64,000 nucleotides of DNA from NCBI GenBank assembly GCA_000004695.1, contig CM000153.2, positions 576,001-640,000 on the forward strand, read 5' to 3'. The position numbers and the translations under genes were made by a program. Under the pieces are notes generated by a model, which did not search any database, was not told the DNA's origin, and saw only the letters and a program-made list of their open reading frames with translations. Positions within the stretch are counted from its first letter, which is position 1, and each line of letters starts with the position of its first letter. Below are positions 1 through 22,500 of this stretch, piece by piece. This DNA is from Dictyostelium discoideum. Its lineage: Eukaryota.

Positions 1-993
1 AATGCTGGTTCTTTAGTTTATCAACAACAACAACAACAACAACAACACCATCATCATTTAAATCATCATCATCATCATAACTCATTATCATCATCACAAT
101 TACAATCATCAAATAAAGATATAATGGATATTTCTGACCTTTTACCTACAAATACAACAAACAATACAACAATTAATACATCACTATCATCATCATCATC
201 ATCAAATAATAACTCACCATTAAATATTGGTACTAATAATAATAATAACAGTGTAAATACATTAATAAGATCATCAAATGAATCATTTTCAAATTCACCT
301 CAACAAGTTGGTGCTGGTAATATTGTACAATCAAAAGATGACAAAATGTTAGATATTGTAATAAGTCAACGTGATAGATTTAAAACAAAGATTGTAGAAT
401 TAGAGAGTGATAAAAGTAAACTTGAAAAACAACTAGATTCATGTCGTCAAGAATTATCATCATTAAAAACTGATAATATTAAATTATATGAAAAAATTAG
501 ATTTTTACAAAGTTATGATAAAAATAAATCAGGTGGTGGTGGCATCAACAATGCCAATAAAGAAATTCATAGTAAAAGAAATAATAGTGGTTTTGAAAAA
601 TCATATGATGTTGAAAGAGGTTTAGATATTCCTTCCTCTTCCTCATCATCATCATCTCAAGGTGGACCTGAAACTGAAGAGAAATATGGTAAACTTTATG
701 AAGAATCAATAAATCCATTTTTATCATTCAATAAAAAAGAGAAATATCGAAGATATAGAGAGATGAATACAGCTGAAAGGGTGATTTTAAATGGTTCAAG
801 ATTTTTCCTATCAAATAAATACAGTCGTCTATTCCTTTTCATATATTCTGTCCTACTTCATCTTATGGTATTTCTTACACTCTATAGATTAGCAACAATC
901 ACAACTGAACAACACGAAATGGGTTTTGGTAATATACATCAAACTCCTCCACTACCTCAAAAAGATATTGTTGATAGTATAATAGAACAATAA
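1..993 (+). CDS. Golgin CASP (CASP_C domain protein with C-terminal transmembrane anchor); 5' end lies upstream of the window
   Basis: The reading frame is open from base 1 (poly-Gln/His run) to the TAA at 991-993. The track ORF 124..993 is only the part after the first ATG. The segment SQRDRFKTKIVELE...NIKLYEKIRFLQSY...INPFLSFNKKEKYRRYREMNTAERVILNGSRFFLSNKYSRLFLFIYSVLLHLMVFLTLYRL matches the conserved CASP C-terminal coiled-coil plus hydrophobic tail anchor (plant CASP, yeast Coy1). Confidence 0.6.
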   Translation, partial: NAGSLVYQQQQQQQQHHHHLNHHHHHNSLSSSQLQSSNKDIMDISDLLPTNTTNNTTINTSLSSSSSSNNNSPLNIGTNNNNNSVNTLIRSSNESFSNSPQQVGAGNIVQSKDDKMLDIVISQRDRFKTKIVELESDKSKLEKQLDSCRQELSSLKTDNIKLYEKIRFLQSYDKNKSGGGGINNANKEIHSKRNNSGFEKSYDVERGLDIPSSSSSSSSQGGPETEEKYGKLYEESINPFLSFNKKEKYRRYREMNTAERVILNGSRFFLSNKYSRLFLFIYSVLLHLMVFLTLYRLATITTEQHEMGFGNIHQTPPLPQKDIVDSIIEQ

Positions 994-1173
994 TAATTTT
1001 TTTAAAAAAAAAAAAAAAATTTTAATATAAAATATAATTTATAATAAATACAAATAAAAAAAAATAAAAATAAAAAATAAATAAATAATTTTAATTTTTA
1101 ATTTTAAAGAAAAAAGGATTTTGATTGATCACTCAAAAAAAAAAAAAAATAAATAAAAAAAATAAAAAATAAA

Positions 1174-1176
<3 letters not shown>

Positions 1177-1258
<82 letters not shown>

Positions 1259-1405
1259 TTAATTATAATAATAATAAAATAATAAAACTTTTTAATCATT
1301 TTCCAGACTTTATTTTAATTTATTTTAATTAATTTTTTTTTTTTTTATTTTATTTTATTTTATTTTATTTTATTTTATTTTATTTTATTTTATTTTATTT
1401 TATTT

Positions 1406-1440
<35 letters not shown>
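1177..1440. repeat. Intergenic simple repeats: (AAT)n 1177..1257, (TATTT)n ~1345..1410 and poly-T 1410..1440, downstream of the CASP gene
   Basis: Direct reading. Confidence 0.85.
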
Positions 1441-1441
<1 letters not shown>

Positions 1442-2427
1442 CCGGACACAATTTGCCAAAAAATATTTTTAATAAAAAAAAAAAAAATAATAACAAATTG
1501 AAAAAAAAAAAAAAAATAATAATAAATAGAAAAATAATTAAATAAAAATTGTTGATTTCTTTTTTTATTTTTTTTTTTTTTTGTTTTTTTTTTTTTATTA
1601 TTATTAACCCCAAAATGATGTTTAAATTTAAAAAAAAATTCAAAAAACGATTTTGAAGTGGTTTGAAAATTATTATAAAAAAAATTTAAAAAACGATTTT
1701 TTTTTTATTTTTTTATTTGATATTTTTTTTAAATAAATTAATCAAAATCCCAGTTACGCCATATAATTATTTGGTAGGTATGACAGGCTTGCACAAAAAA
1801 ATGTTTTGGAAAAAAAAAATGTAAAAAAAAAATTAAAAAAAATTAAAAATAAATATATTTTTTTTTTTTTTCGATTTTTATAAAAAAAAAATTTTTTAAA
1901 CTTTTTTTTTTTTTTTTTTTTTAAACCATAAAAAACACACAAAAAAAAAACAAGTAAAGTATGACTACTACTACTATTTATTCATTTATTTTTGACACGT
2001 TTCAAAAAATAAAAATAAAAAAAAAAAATTTTTTTATTTTTTTTTTTTCTTCTTTTAAAATTTTTTTTCCACATACAATACTGTTTTTTTTTTTTTTTGT
2101 TTTTTTTATTTTATTTTATTTTATTTTTAGGAAATACAACACACTGTTGGTAATTTTATTGTGGTGTTTTAAATTTTAATTTTAAAATATTTTTTTTCTA
2201 ATCATAATTTTTTTTTTTTTATTTTTTTTTTATTTATTTTAAAAAATTAAAATTTTTATTTATTTAGGTTTTTACTATAATAATTATAATAATAATATAT
2301 AACAAGAATATCAAATTTATTGTTATAATTAATTTTATTTTATTTTGTCAAATTTTCAATTTATTTTAAAAAGCAATTCACTTTTTTAGACCAACAATTA
2401 CAAACAATCATTAATCAAGTCATTACG

Positions 2428-2834
2428 ATGGCAGCCCTCATATTGAGAACCCTTTTAGATAACAACGTTTTTAGTAGTAGTGACTACATACATACGATAA
2501 AAGACCCACTTTCAACTAGTATGGTCGAAGTTTCAGGAAATCCACAATCTTGTGGTGTTTCAGAAGCATTTTCTTCACCATCATTGAAGAAAGCTGATGT
2601 TTCACTTACTTTTGGCTCCAGTCAAGAAATCTCCTATGCCGCAATGTCGGCCCCATTAAATGCCGAGTTCGTAAGATTTGCTATCAAGCACAAGTCGTAT
2701 TCCTGATGAAATTGCCCCCACTGATGTCAACAAAACCGAACTGGATTTATCCACCAACAACTTTGGAGTACCATTGGCTGATGTTGTTCTTCCTTCTTCC
2801 TCCTCAACAACATTATCACCATCAATCGTTTCAG

Positions 2835-2878
<44 letters not shown>

Positions 2879-3892
2879 GCCATCAGTTCTGAAGAAATCA
2901 TAACTTCAAAGGGTGGAATAAAATCCGGAGCAGGAGAGTTACCTTTCTCTATAGTTTATGGTTCAGCTTTTTCAAAGACACCAGAAATTGTATCCTTCCA
3001 ACAACCAACTCAAAAACAAATCAATGATTTCCTTCAAATGAAATCTGATGCCACTAGAGTTGTTACATCTGATGGATACATCTTTAGAGAAATTTTCAAT
3101 CCTGATCATGATGATGGTTTCAAACAAGCCCTCGAAATGTATGGTTCAAGTTTCTTTGAACCAACAGAGCCAGGTAAAAATCACCTTCATACTTTATGCA
3201 ATAGAGGTCTTTATCGTATGATGGTAATGGAAGATGATAAAGGTTTAGTTTTAGCTTGTGCTTTTGTAAGTAAAAAAAAAAAAAAAAAAACTAACAACAA
3301 TAATAATAATTATATTCTCTATAATCTTCCAATCAATTTAAATATTAACATATTTTTATTTATTATTTATTATTTTTATTAGATTGTCGAAGTACATGCT
3401 TATAAATCCTACCATATGGATTATCTTGCAGTTAGACCAGGTATTAGAGGTGGTGGTTTAGGTGGAAAATTCTTTAAACAATTAACCACACACTTACGTA
3501 ATGAACAAAAGTATTTAATCATTACATTCGAAAGTGAACCAAAATTGGTGCCATGGTATCTCAGAATGTCTTGTCTTCATCTTAATGTAGTTAGTGATCA
3601 AGTAACCTATGAAAATGGTGAAACCTTTTTCTGGTGGTTATTAGTCGTTCCATTGGGTAAAATCATTGACGATGGCTCTGATGCTGACACTGATTCAGAT
3701 TCTGAACATCCTACTAGCGCTCCATCAACTACTGCACCCAACTATGCATTACCATTATCATTAACAGAAAAACAAAGAAATAGATCCTACATCCTCTACA
3801 ACGAAAGTGGTGTTTCATATGAATTCAATCAACAAACCATTAATGAAATCGCTCAATATTTACTTACTTTTATGTCTGATGCTAAAAAATAA
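2428..3892 (+). CDS. GNAT-family N-acetyltransferase-like protein. Model is 2428..~2700 (frame 1), then 2675..3265 (frame 2), then 3383..3892. Intron 3266..3382 (GTAAGT...TTATTAG). An apparent frameshift lies between 2675 and 2706
   Basis: ATG at 2428 sits in good context (acgATGg) and coding-like composition runs through three track ORFs. Exon 2 ends in a canonical GTAAGT donor, the 117-bp intron is AT-rich, and the acceptor restores frame into ORF 3416..3892. HMDYLAVRPGIRGGGLGGKFFKQL is a GNAT motif A (R/Q-x-x-G-x-G/A acetyl-CoA binding). The frame-1 stop at 2704-2706 overlaps the open frame-2 that begins at 2675. Confidence 0.5.
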
Positions 3893-3955
3893 TCATTTAA
3901 ACTGTAAATAAATAAATAAAAAAAAATAAAAAAAAAATATATGTTTACTTTATTA

Positions 3956-7549
<3,594 letters not shown>

Positions 7550-7558
7550 TATCTGAAT

Positions 7559-7594
<36 letters not shown>

Positions 7595-7737
7595 CTGAAA
7601 TAAATTTTTATTTTTAAATTGCGGAAAGTGATCAAATAAAAAAAAATTCAATAATAATTTTTATCTTTTAGAACTTTGGGTTTATCAAAAAAATAAAAAA
7701 AATAAAAAAAAAACTTAAATAATAATTTTTTTTATTT

Positions 7738-7775
<38 letters not shown>

Positions 7776-8358
7776 TTTTTTTTTTTGATTTAGATTGAGA
7801 AATTCTTTGTGTTGAAATAAAATTAAAAAAAAATAAAAAAAATAAAAAAATCTAATTTTAATTAGATGAAAAAAAACTATAAAAAAGCAAAAGTACTTTT
7901 TTTTCACAAATTCAAAGCAAAAAACAATTGTCACATAAAATTGGAAAACCAATAAACCAAAGGTTTGGATTGTTGTTTAAAACAATTCTTCCTGGCAACG
8001 TCAACTCTTGATAACTAAAAAAAAAAAAAATATAAAAAAAAAATAAAAAAATAAAAAAAAAACAAAAACTTTTTTTTTTTTTTTTTTTTATTTTTTTTAT
8101 ATTTTTTTCAATTTAATTTTGTATGACCAACCAAACCCTTTTTTTTAAAAAAAATTTTTATTTATTATTCATTTATTTATAAAAAAAAAAAAAAAAAAAA
8201 AAAAAACTAAGAGTGTTTAATAAACAACTAAAAAAAAAAAAAGAAAGAGGTAAAATAAAAAGTGAAAAGAATAATAAAATAATAAGAAAAATAATAATAA
8301 TAATTAAACAATACAATACATAAAAAAAAATAAATATATATATTAAAACACCCAGAGA

Positions 8359-8557
8359 ATGGTAAGTTTGTCAAACAACAACAACAACAACAACTAAAAT
8401 AAATATTACTATTGTATTCCTAATTTTATTATTATTTTTTACAAATGTTTAGAGTTTATTTGAATCATATGAAGAGGAAATTAAAGTATCCTTTAAACAA
8501 TTTGAACAAATTGCAGCAGGATTTCCAAAATTATTACCAGGTATGCACATTAAAAAG

Positions 8558-8588
<31 letters not shown>

Positions 8589-9348
8589 ATTTATAAACAA
8601 TAACTAATTAATTAATTTATAATTTAAAGAACAAAAACAACCAGAATTAGATAAATTAGAAAATTTATTATCAACGATTGAAGGTAATTTATCAAGTTTA
8701 AATTTAGAATCAAATCGAACAGGTAAATCGACACAACAATATTTTACACAATTTTATGGGGCAAAGAGAACCTATCAACAATTTAGAGATAAATATCAAG
8801 ATGAAAAGAATTATGCAGATTTAATACCTTCACAATATCACGATTTTAATACAACAGGATCACAAAATCAACGTGATCGTGTAGTTAGAGGCAATAAAAC
8901 ATTAGAGAATGGCATTCAAATGATTAGAATGGCAAACGATCAAGTTAGAGAGGATAAGAAAACAGCAGAATCCACATTGGAACAATTGGCAACTCAAAAA
9001 GAGCGTTTAATAGGTTTCGAAAAGAAATTCGATTCAATCGATGGTTATTTAGATAAAGCAAAGAAAACAATTGGTCAAATGTCAAGAAGGGCAATGGCAA
9101 ATAAATTCATTATGGCTGGTATAATTTTCATCTTATTAATTGCAATTGGTTTAATCATTTGGTTGAAATTCGTTAGAACTGGTGATTCAAATAATAATAG
9201 TAGTAGTAGTAGTAGTTTTGAAACTACTACCACTACCTCCACCACTGGTACTACTTCAACAACTTCTTCTACTTCCACTACTACTGGTACTACTACTTCA
9301 GATCCTGCAACTGGTTCATCAACTACTACCAGTGATACAAAAATATAA
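8359..9348 (+). CDS. Vti1-like Qb-SNARE (N-terminal Vti1 helical domain, SNARE motif, C-terminal TM); join(8359..8361,8453..8540,8630..9348)
   Basis: ATG is immediately followed by a GTAAGT intron (8362..8452, acceptor GTTTAG). Exon 2 ends at GTATGC (intron 8541..8629, acceptor TTTAAAG). The spliced protein begins MSLFESYEEEIKVSFKQFEQI..., like the Vti1 N-terminus. The C-terminus LEQLATQKERLIGFEKKFDSIDGYLDKAKKTIGQMSRRAMANKFIMAGIIFILLIAIGLIIW is a Qb-SNARE heptad motif plus TM helix, followed by a Thr/Ser-rich luminal tail. Confidence 0.65.
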
Positions 9349-9705
9349 ATAATAAAAAAAAAAAAAAAGAAAAGAAAAGGAAAAAAAAAAAAAAAATGAA
9401 AAAAAAGAAAATTAAAAAGGAAAAAAAAAAAAAAAAGAGTATTTTTTTATTTATTTATTTTTACATAACTTGGAATTGTTATTTATTTTATTTTTAATTT
9501 AATAAAATCAATTTTTTTTTTTTTTATTTTTTTTTTATTTAAATTATATCTATTTGTATGTGGGGAATTAATTGTAGATATTTATAATTATTATTATTAT
9601 TAATTAATTAACTATTATACTATTATTATAAAAGACTTGATAGATGAATGAATTACAATTTTCCAGATTTAATATCGCAATTTGGAAATATGAAAAATTG
9701 GGAAG

Positions 9706-9755
<50 letters not shown>

Positions 9756-9873
9756 TTTTTTTTCGTTTTTAATTTTTTTTTTTTTTTTTCATTTTATTTT
9801 TTTTTTTTTAAATTTTTTTTTAATTTTCAAATCCCTTTACTCGGTTTAAACTAATAATAATAATTTAAATAAA

Positions 9874-10210
9874 ATGCCTTGTTTATATATCTGTGGTGGT
9901 AAGTAATACATACTTATATTTTTGATATAATCATTTGAAAAATAATGATATATATATTTATTAATATTTTCATTTATAATAAGAATGTGGTGCTGAGCAC
10001 GAAATCAAACCAAAAGAACCAGTAAAATGCAAAGATTGCACTCATCGTATTATGTACAAAAAGAGAACCGATAAAAGTATATATCTATTTACTTAAACAC
10101 ACACACACATATATATATATATATATTTATATATATATGCAATATTTGTATTAAATTCTATACTAACACTTAACCTTCCATTTACAGTGATTCAATTCGA
10201 AGCAAGATAA
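9874..10210 (+). CDS. DNA-directed RNA polymerases I/II/III subunit RPABC4 (Rpb12/POLR2K homolog), 46 aa; join(9874..9898,9984..10076,10188..10210)
   Basis: Spliced product is [46 protein letters not shown]. The CxxC...CxxC zinc ribbon and the RIMYKKRT...FEAR tail align with human POLR2K (...[44 protein letters not shown]). Donors GTAAGT and GTATAT, acceptors ATAATAAG and TTTACAG, phases consistent. Confidence 0.7.
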
Positions 10211-10630
10211 AAAAAAGAAAAAAAGAGAAAAAAGAAAAAAAAAAAAAACAAAACAAAATCAAATCAATTAAAATATACCAAAACACAACAATATACATAA
10301 AAAAAACTAAAAAAAAACTAAAAAAAGAAAAGAAAAAAAAAAAATAGCTTAAAACAGCAACAACTTGTACACAGACCTTTAAATAAACAATTACCTTTTT
10401 TTTAAGTTAAAAATACAACAATGAACTTTAATATTAAAAGAAATAATAGAAAAAGATATTAAAAAATTTTTTTTATTCTTTTTTTTAAAATTGTTTTTGT
10501 CACACAAAATTTTGAATATTTAAAAAATAATAATATATATATATATATTATTAAAATTAAAAACATTGTATAATTAAACTAAAATTAATTTTATGTAACT
10601 TGAAATTATTTATTAATTTATTTTTATTTT

Positions 10631-11125
10631 TTATTTACATCTTTCTTCAACCAATGATTGTGAAATTTCAGTGTTGTCAGTTGCTTTGATTATTGCATCT
10701 ATTCCAACTAATTTTTTATAAATTGACTGTTCTGTGGCTGTGTGAACGATTTTATTTTTGATTTTTGTTTCCACTGGACACCAAGAAATGAAAAAGATTT
10801 TATTTTTTTTATTTTCTATACAATTTTTTAAAAGAGGGTATAAATTTACATATATTTTTTTTTAGTTTTTTAAGAGGAGGAGAGGGGATTAATAACACAA
10901 ACCTTTATTGTCCATATATGAGAAATCATAAACACCATATCTACAATCATCTTGGGGAAATTTATTTATATAGTCTTCAAATGATTCTCCATTGAAAGAA
11001 TCTTCAAAAACTACTTCTTTAAAATCATCTGAAAATTTAATGATAATTCCTTTACTTATGTGTCCCAATATTAGTTCATTGTATTTGGTAATAACTTCAT
11101 CATTAATCGAAGCACAACTATTCAT
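10631..11125 (-). CDS. ADF/cofilin family actin-depolymerising protein (135 aa); complement(join(10631..10815,10903..11125))
   Basis: Exon 1 is MNSCASINDEVITKYNELILGHISKGIIIKFSDDFKEVVFEDSFNGESFEDYINKFPQDDCRYGVYDFSYMDNKG. Donor GTTTGT, 87-bp intron, acceptor TTGTATAG. Exon 2 is ENKKNKIFFISWCPVETKIKNKIVHTATEQSIYKKLVGIDAIIKATDNTEISQSLVEERCK. It is collinear with Dictyostelium cofilin (...RNKITFILWAPDSAPIKSKMMYTSTKDSIKKKLVGIQVEVQATDAAEIS...). Confidence 0.6.
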
Positions 11126-11177
11126 ATTTTATTATTCTATTATTCTATAAACTTTGAATATATGATAAATATATTGG

Positions 11178-11218
<41 letters not shown>

Positions 11219-11428
11219 TCTTGGATATTTAATAAAAATGATTGGCCAAAAAAAATAAATAAATAAAAAAAAAAAAAAAATAATTGAAAAAATAAATAAA
11301 TAATAATATTTAGTTTTTAAATAAAAAATAACACTATGGTAAAAATAAATAATTTATTTGTTATATATTTTTTTTTAATATTTTTTTTTTTTTTATTATT
11401 ATTAATATTATTGTTATTATTATTATTT

Positions 11429-18000
<6,572 letters not shown>

Positions 18001-18364
18001 TATTATATCTATTATTATTATTAAACCCGATGTTTCTTTTTATGTTTAAACAAAAAAATAAAATACAAATTTTAAACAAAAAAAAAAAAAAAAAAAAAAA
18101 ACTATACGGTTTCTTTTATTTTTTTTTTTTTTTTTTTTCCTATATTTTTTTTTATTGTTTTATAAACACGCACAATGAATAAATTAAAAAAAAAATAAAA
18201 AATAAAAAAATAAAAACAAAAATAAAAAAAACAAAAATAAAAAAAAAAATAAAAAAAAAAATATAAAATTTTTTAAAAATATAAAAATTTTTCTTTTGAC
18301 TTTTCCTGTTTGTTTTTTAAATTTACATTTATATGATATTTTTTATAATAATTATAAAATATAT

Positions 18365-18407
<43 letters not shown>

Positions 18408-18664
18408 GCAATAAAATAACAATAAACTATTTATATTAAAATAAATAAAATAAAAAATAAAATAAAATAATGAAAAATGGATTTTTTTGAAAAAAAAAAA
18501 AAAAAAAAAAAAATCACCCCTCTTTTTTTTAATTGAAAGCGCGCCTTTTTTTTTTTTTTTAAAAAAAAATAAAAATTGGAAAATTTTTTTTTTTTAATAA
18601 ATATAATATTTTTTTGAACACAAAAAAACAAATAAATTGTATATATATATAAATAAGAACCAAA
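18001..18664. promoter_or_regulatory. Divergent intergenic (putative bidirectional promoter) region between the RCC1 gene (-) and the KNL1-like gene (+)
   Basis: Pure A/T sequence with long poly-A/T runs between two divergently oriented ATG codons (18000 and 18665). Confidence 0.3.
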
Positions 18665-18727
18665 ATGAGTAACAATAACTTATTCTCCAATGTATCAAAA
18701 CAACTAAGTTCAAACAATGGAACTACA

Positions 18728-18759
<32 letters not shown>

Positions 18760-19083
18760 AGGATATAGTTCAAGATTTTCAATAGCGTCCACACTTCCAA
18801 CCAATAAAAATTATAATCAAACCGAGAATTTAGATTTTCTCTCAAAAATGAGTAATACAAATAATAATAATAATAACAATAATAATAATGGTAATAATAA
18901 TAATAATAACAATAATAATGTAAATAATATCAATGAAAATAATACAGTTAATATAAATCAAATTATTGATAATTCAAGTAGTGCTAGGTAAGACATCTTA
19001 TATATACATATACATATATATATATACATATACATACATATATATATATATATATATATTTATGTATATATATATATATATAT

Positions 19084-19123
<40 letters not shown>

Positions 19124-20001
19124 GTATTTATTAAATAACTATTTTATTATGTTATCTAACTCACACACACATTCAATTACAGAAAAAGAAAGAATGTTAG
19201 AATGTCAATGGGAGGTAGAGTTAGTTTTGCAAATACAGTGGAAGTTAGATTATTTGAAAAGACACAACAAAATAATAGAAGGCCAAGTTTAAGAAATCCT
19301 TTTCCTTCTAATTTATCAAATACTGACTCTCAATCTTTAGAAACACCATCAAATACAACAACACCAAATCAAAATATAGTGGGAGTAGAAAATGAAAATG
19401 AAAATGAAAATAAAACAACTGATAGTATTGGTGCTTATACATTTAGTAGCATTAGTAGTATAAATAGTACAAATACATTATTTAGTAGTAATAGTGATAG
19501 TGGTAGTAGTGGTAATAATGATGATAAATTCTTTTTCAATAGAGATGACGATGAAAATGATAATAGCAATAATAGTAATAATAGTAATAATAATGAAGAA
19601 CAAGATCAAAAAACAATGGATTTCACACAAACCTATGGTAAAATATTTGTACCTTTTATAAAGGATGAAACTCAACCACTTAGAATTCATGATGCATCAA
19701 ATGATAGTGGTTTCACTGATGATGATAGTAATAGTAGTGGTAATAGTAGTGGAGGATCATTAGAACTAACGGAAAATGATGAACAAAGTTATTTAGATAG
19801 TTTACAAAATGATGATTCAAGAATCATTCAAACTCCATCATTACAAGCCATTTTAGAAGAAGCTGAATTCTTATTTTCAATTAAAAGTAAATCACCTTCA
19901 AAATCAAAAATTACTGAAATTAATAATAATAATAATAATAACAATAATGATGATGGAAATGAAAATAGTAATAAAAAAGAAGATAATGATATCATTGTAA
20001 C

Positions 20002-20059
<58 letters not shown>

Positions 20060-22407
20060 AATGATGATGATAATAATAAAAGTAACTATAATAATAAATC
20101 AATTGCAGATATGGATATTTCAAGATACCAATCAACTATAAATTCACCAATTCATAAGAAATCACGTCAATTATTAGATAGTTCAGTCGTTGGTGATGGT
20201 AAATTAACATCACTTGAAGATCTTTTGAAAGAGGATACTGAAGTTTTAGATTTTGATGGTGCTAATGATTATAAACCACCACCACCATCAACAACAACAC
20301 CAACAACAACACCAATGAAATCTTTATCAACACCACCATCTTCTTCTAAAATATTCCCAAGAATTTCAAATATTTTCCCAAATTCACCATTACCAAGTTT
20401 ACAAAATCTAAGAAAGAAAAATAGTAATAGTGGTGGTAATAGTAGTGAAGATGAAATTTTAACAAATGGAGATTTAGGTGAAATCATTAAAAACTTTTCA
20501 ACTCCAAAACTTAATCAACTTTATTCTGATGATCATAGTTTTGATGATCAAGATTTTAATATTGTAAATAATAATTATGATAAAACTGATGATGAAACTG
20601 ATGATAATAATATTAAAAAATTAAACAATAATAATAATAATAATAATAATAAAGACAATCAGAAAGAAAGTGAAGAAGAAGAAGATAATGAAGAAGAAGA
20701 TGAAGAAGAAGATGATGAAGAAGAAGAAGAAGAAGAAAATTATAATAATACAACAGTTGATAGATCAAGAATTTATCATCATAAGAATGGTACAGCAGGT
20801 ATTGGTGGTAGATTAAAAGAATTAGTAGAAGATGATGAAGATGGTGATATTTATGATGCCGAACAAAGAGATATGACATTAACTTTAGCTTTTGATAAAA
20901 TTATTGCAATGGCTAATAATAAAAATGATAATAATAATAATAATATTGAAAATAATAATCAATTATTTTCAAATAGTTTAACGACAACAACAACAACAAC
21001 CAATGAAAATGATTATTTTATTGATGAGAATAATCAAGATCAAAAAGATATGACAATTACAAAATCATTTGGTAAAATATTAGAAATGTATAATCAAACA
21101 CTTACTGATATGAAAGAAATGTCAATTTCAACTCAAAATATTGATAAACTTTTAGAGAATAATAATAATCATAATAATAATCATCATAAAGGTATTTGGG
21201 ATAATGATAATATGATAGCAGATCCGAATATTACAAATAATCTTAGAGATTTATATGAAAATACTACAGTAACTCGTAATTTAAAAACTTTAGTACAAGG
21301 TAGAAAATCTATGATACCAATACCATCTTATTCAAAGGATAGGGATAATAATAATAATAATAATACTGGTACATTTAGATTCTCTGTTGCAAGAAATCCA
21401 ATGACACCATCACATGGTGGTGCTGGTGGTCAAATGATACCAACCAATAGTGGTGGTAGTAATACAATGAATTTAAATAAAAAGCTATGGAATCCTCAAG
21501 CTGATGTAACTCATAATTTAAAGAGTCTATACACAAATAACACAACCACAATGAATTTTGGTAGATATTCAATTGCAAATCCATCAAATTATTATAATAA
21601 CACAGCACCAATTAGCACTATTAAAAAGGATCAAGTTTTGGACATGTCATTCACTCAATCCTATGGAGTATTTTCAAAATATCAACCATTCTCAACTACT
21701 AAATCACCATTTGTTAATCCAAAATCTCATCAAAAACAACAACAACCACAACAACCACAACTTCCACAACCACAACAACAATTATTATTAGAATCAAGTG
21801 TTACTAGTATTAAAACTAATGAATCACATTATCCAAGTTCAAATGAAGATAGTTTAGATAATCCATTAATTGAATCAACTGCTTCAAACGTAACAATGGA
21901 ACAACGTAACCTTTTATCAAATTTCATTCTACAACAACCACAACCACAACCACAATCAATACAACAACCACAACTACAACAACCACAACCACAACCACAA
22001 CCACAATCAATACAACCACAACAACAATCACAACTTCAACAATCCCAATCAATACAAAAGCAACAACAATCTAATACTAACAAACAAGTTACACAAGAAT
22101 TTAATTTAACATCAAGTCAAATTCAACAATCACAATATCAATCTACAATTGCCAATAATAATAATAATAATACTACAAATATATTAAGCACTAACAATAA
22201 TTTTAATCAAACCACAAATACTAATAATTTTGGAACATCAATGGTTACTCGAATTCAAGAGATATCAACATCAACAAGAAAACAATATACACATTCACCT
22301 TCTTTAATTGAAAGCGATATTGGTTTTGACTATGGAAGAATTAATTTTGAACAAAAAGAAAAACAAATCAACACCATCACTAATAATAATAATAATAATA
22401 ATATTAA

Positions 22408-22500
<93 letters not shown>

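Noticed and set aside
1745-1800. Small GC-containing islands (1745-1800, 7960-8000, 61200-61340, 61620-61700) examined as possible tRNA/snRNA genes
   Set aside because: No cloverleaf-compatible structure, no GTTCGA/T-loop box and no acceptor-stem pairing found by eye. Could not run tRNAscan. Left uncalled.
1395-2179. Track ORFs 1395..1643, 1754..1942 and 1961..2179 (poly-K/F/L peptides)
   Set aside because: Pure A/T homopolymer and repeat DNA translated by chance. No coding composition.
2671-2676. GTAAGA at 2671 as an intron donor explaining the GNAT frame change
   Set aside because: No room for an intron: the downstream frame opens at 2675 and Dictyostelium introns are >=~60 nt. The flanking sequence is not AT-rich.
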